Below, one piece after another: positions 62,146 through 64,000 of a stretch of DNA of 64,000 nucleotides (position 1 is its first letter; each line of letters begins with the position of its first letter). Position numbers and translations under genes: made by a program. Where the stretch lies: contig NW_027362764.1 in NCBI RefSeq assembly GCF_046119375.1, forward strand, positions 700,352,001-700,416,000, given 5' to 3'. Under the pieces are notes generated by a model, which saw only the letters and a list, made by a program, of their open reading frames with translations, did not search any database and was not told the origin of the DNA. Source of the stretch: Phyllobates terribilis. Lineage: Eukaryota.

Positions 62146-64000
62146 TAATCTCCTGGCCAGGGGGAAAGCATATATCAATCAAGAACTGGAGCAGCTTTGC
62201 ACGACACAGCCATTACACCACATGGTCACATTTATAAGATTATCTCAGCACAGGAATATTTTTTTAACACATCCAATTGTGGAAGTTATTATTGAAAGAT
62301 TTATTGGTTAAAATGTAGTATGTTTATGGGACAAGTTTGTGTTTTACCAGGCAGTAAGTTGGAAATAAAGATAGGCAGCCACACGAATATCAGTGCGTGG
62401 TCTAAGGCAACAACTTGGTTTCTGGCTTTTTTGGCAGTAGTGCGGCAGGCTGCTCTATACTTGCTGTTCTGGAAAACGGACATAACATAGAATAAATCTC
62501 ATTCAAATACTCAACCATTTGGTTTTTTTTGTTAAGGAAGCTTTGGCCAGGTACACACAAGATTTTTCCATTGTGAAGTTGCAGAAAAATGCTGATTTAA
62601 CCCTTCACATTGAAACTGGTTGAAAATCAGCATGAGAAATTGACAGGCTGTGGATTTACAGCTTTGCAAGGAAGGTCAATATACAGGATGCAAAAGTCTG
62701 CAGCATGTGACTTAGATTTGTGAAATCTCATCCATATGCCTCATGGTATAACCCATTTCCGATTTTATCTCCACAAATCCACAGATAAAATCTTAAACAT
62801 TTCTGACCCATGTGGATGTAATCGTTTAGGCAGAACTCCTGATAATTGATTTGTGCCTGTATTTTTTTTGGGGGGGTGGGGGGAGGTTGAAAAGAATTGC
62901 AAATTTTGAGCTTAAAAAAAAAAAACTACAACTTTTTAAATATTCTGCAACTCACAACACATCTCTAAAAAGTTTGCGGGGGGCTGGGCATTGTGTGGCT
63001 TGAAAAATCTACTTCCATTTAGGTGAGGAAGTGGCTTGAGTTCATTTGACTTCCTGGGGAATAGATAGGCAAGGAAAGCAAATAGTTTATTAAGAGACAT
63101 CTGACTAGATTTATTGCATTTAAAGGGAACGGGTTGGAAACTTTACATCTTAAAACCATTTATATGACTGTGTAGCCCTTTAAAAAATGAGCAAGTCGAT
63201 CTTTTTATGACCTCAAAGCGATGCTCCAGCAGTGAGAAATTGGGCTTTGAACTTTTATATACAGTCGGTAGTCTGAAAGTGCATTGGGGCATAATGATGC
63301 ACTTCCAGCTCCTCAGCCTCACAGCTTTATTCTGTGCCTAGCACCACCCTCCTCAGGATGATTGACAGGTCATTGGCACTGGTAGAAGGTCGAACGGCTT
63401 GTTAATCGGACAGAAGAGTGACAGGTGGAATATATGTGGATACACAATCATCTAAATTGTTTAAGGGGTGTTGAAGTTTTTGCTGTTTCCCTTTGCTCCA
63501 GCTGGCTCAACCCTACAAACTGCATATTAAACGCAGGAACAAGTAAATTCCACCCATTGTCTGACCAGTTAGTGTCAGGAATTTGGCTCATTGCAGTGTT
63601 ACATTATACATATCAGTAATCTCATCATGGCCCACGTACACTGGTGAATTTTGTCTTTCAGGACTTATTCTGCCTTTCATTAGATTACAATGTTGTAAAT
63701 AAATTAATTTTCTAAAGCCAAATGTGTTGTTTCATTTTCTTACATTTAGCTACATATAGACCTCTAAATTCATGTACTGGTGATTATGCATATGTGACTG
63801 CAAGTGTGCAATATGCATACGCCTGGCCACATTCCGACTAGATGGGCAGAGTGAGGACAGGAACAGTCTAGTCAGAATGTGGCTGGGAGTATGCAGATCA
63901 CAAACTTGCAGTCACATGACCGCTCGCTACCAGAGAATCCTCACAGCATGCAGTGCGCGAGATATGGAGATTTCAGCAGTCTGCAGTGAGACTTCACTCG

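Overview
Vertebrate genomic DNA, inferred to be anuran (frog) from its repeat landscape: Kolobok T2-MITEs, PIF/Harbinger MITEs, piggyBac, Tc1, V-SINEs and L2 LINEs. The only intact protein-coding genes I can support are two divergent RBM12B paralogues with five RRMs each, arranged head-to-head: copy A on the minus strand (CDS 1370-3325) and copy B on the plus strand (CDS 33204-35087). Both appear to start from one compact CpG-rich bidirectional promoter at about 19.3-19.8 kb with mirror-image YY1 motifs. Each gene appears to use the same plan: non-coding exon 1, a micro-exon, then one coding exon. The long introns and the right-hand 29 kb are packed with transposons. These include two 3.4-kb L2 LINEs (one with a 2A-like GDISPNPGP motif), seven copies of one hAT MITE, a decayed hAT/ZBED transposase and two Tc1 elements. 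There are also Penelope-type fragments (one with a complete minimal hammerhead ribozyme motif), an LTR/ERV remnant with a perfect tRNA-Lys(CUU) primer-binding site, and a 2-kb G/C-tract minisatellite beside the promoter. Splice sites, repeat boundaries and family names were read by eye, with no database search. UTR exons and TE family names are therefore predictions.
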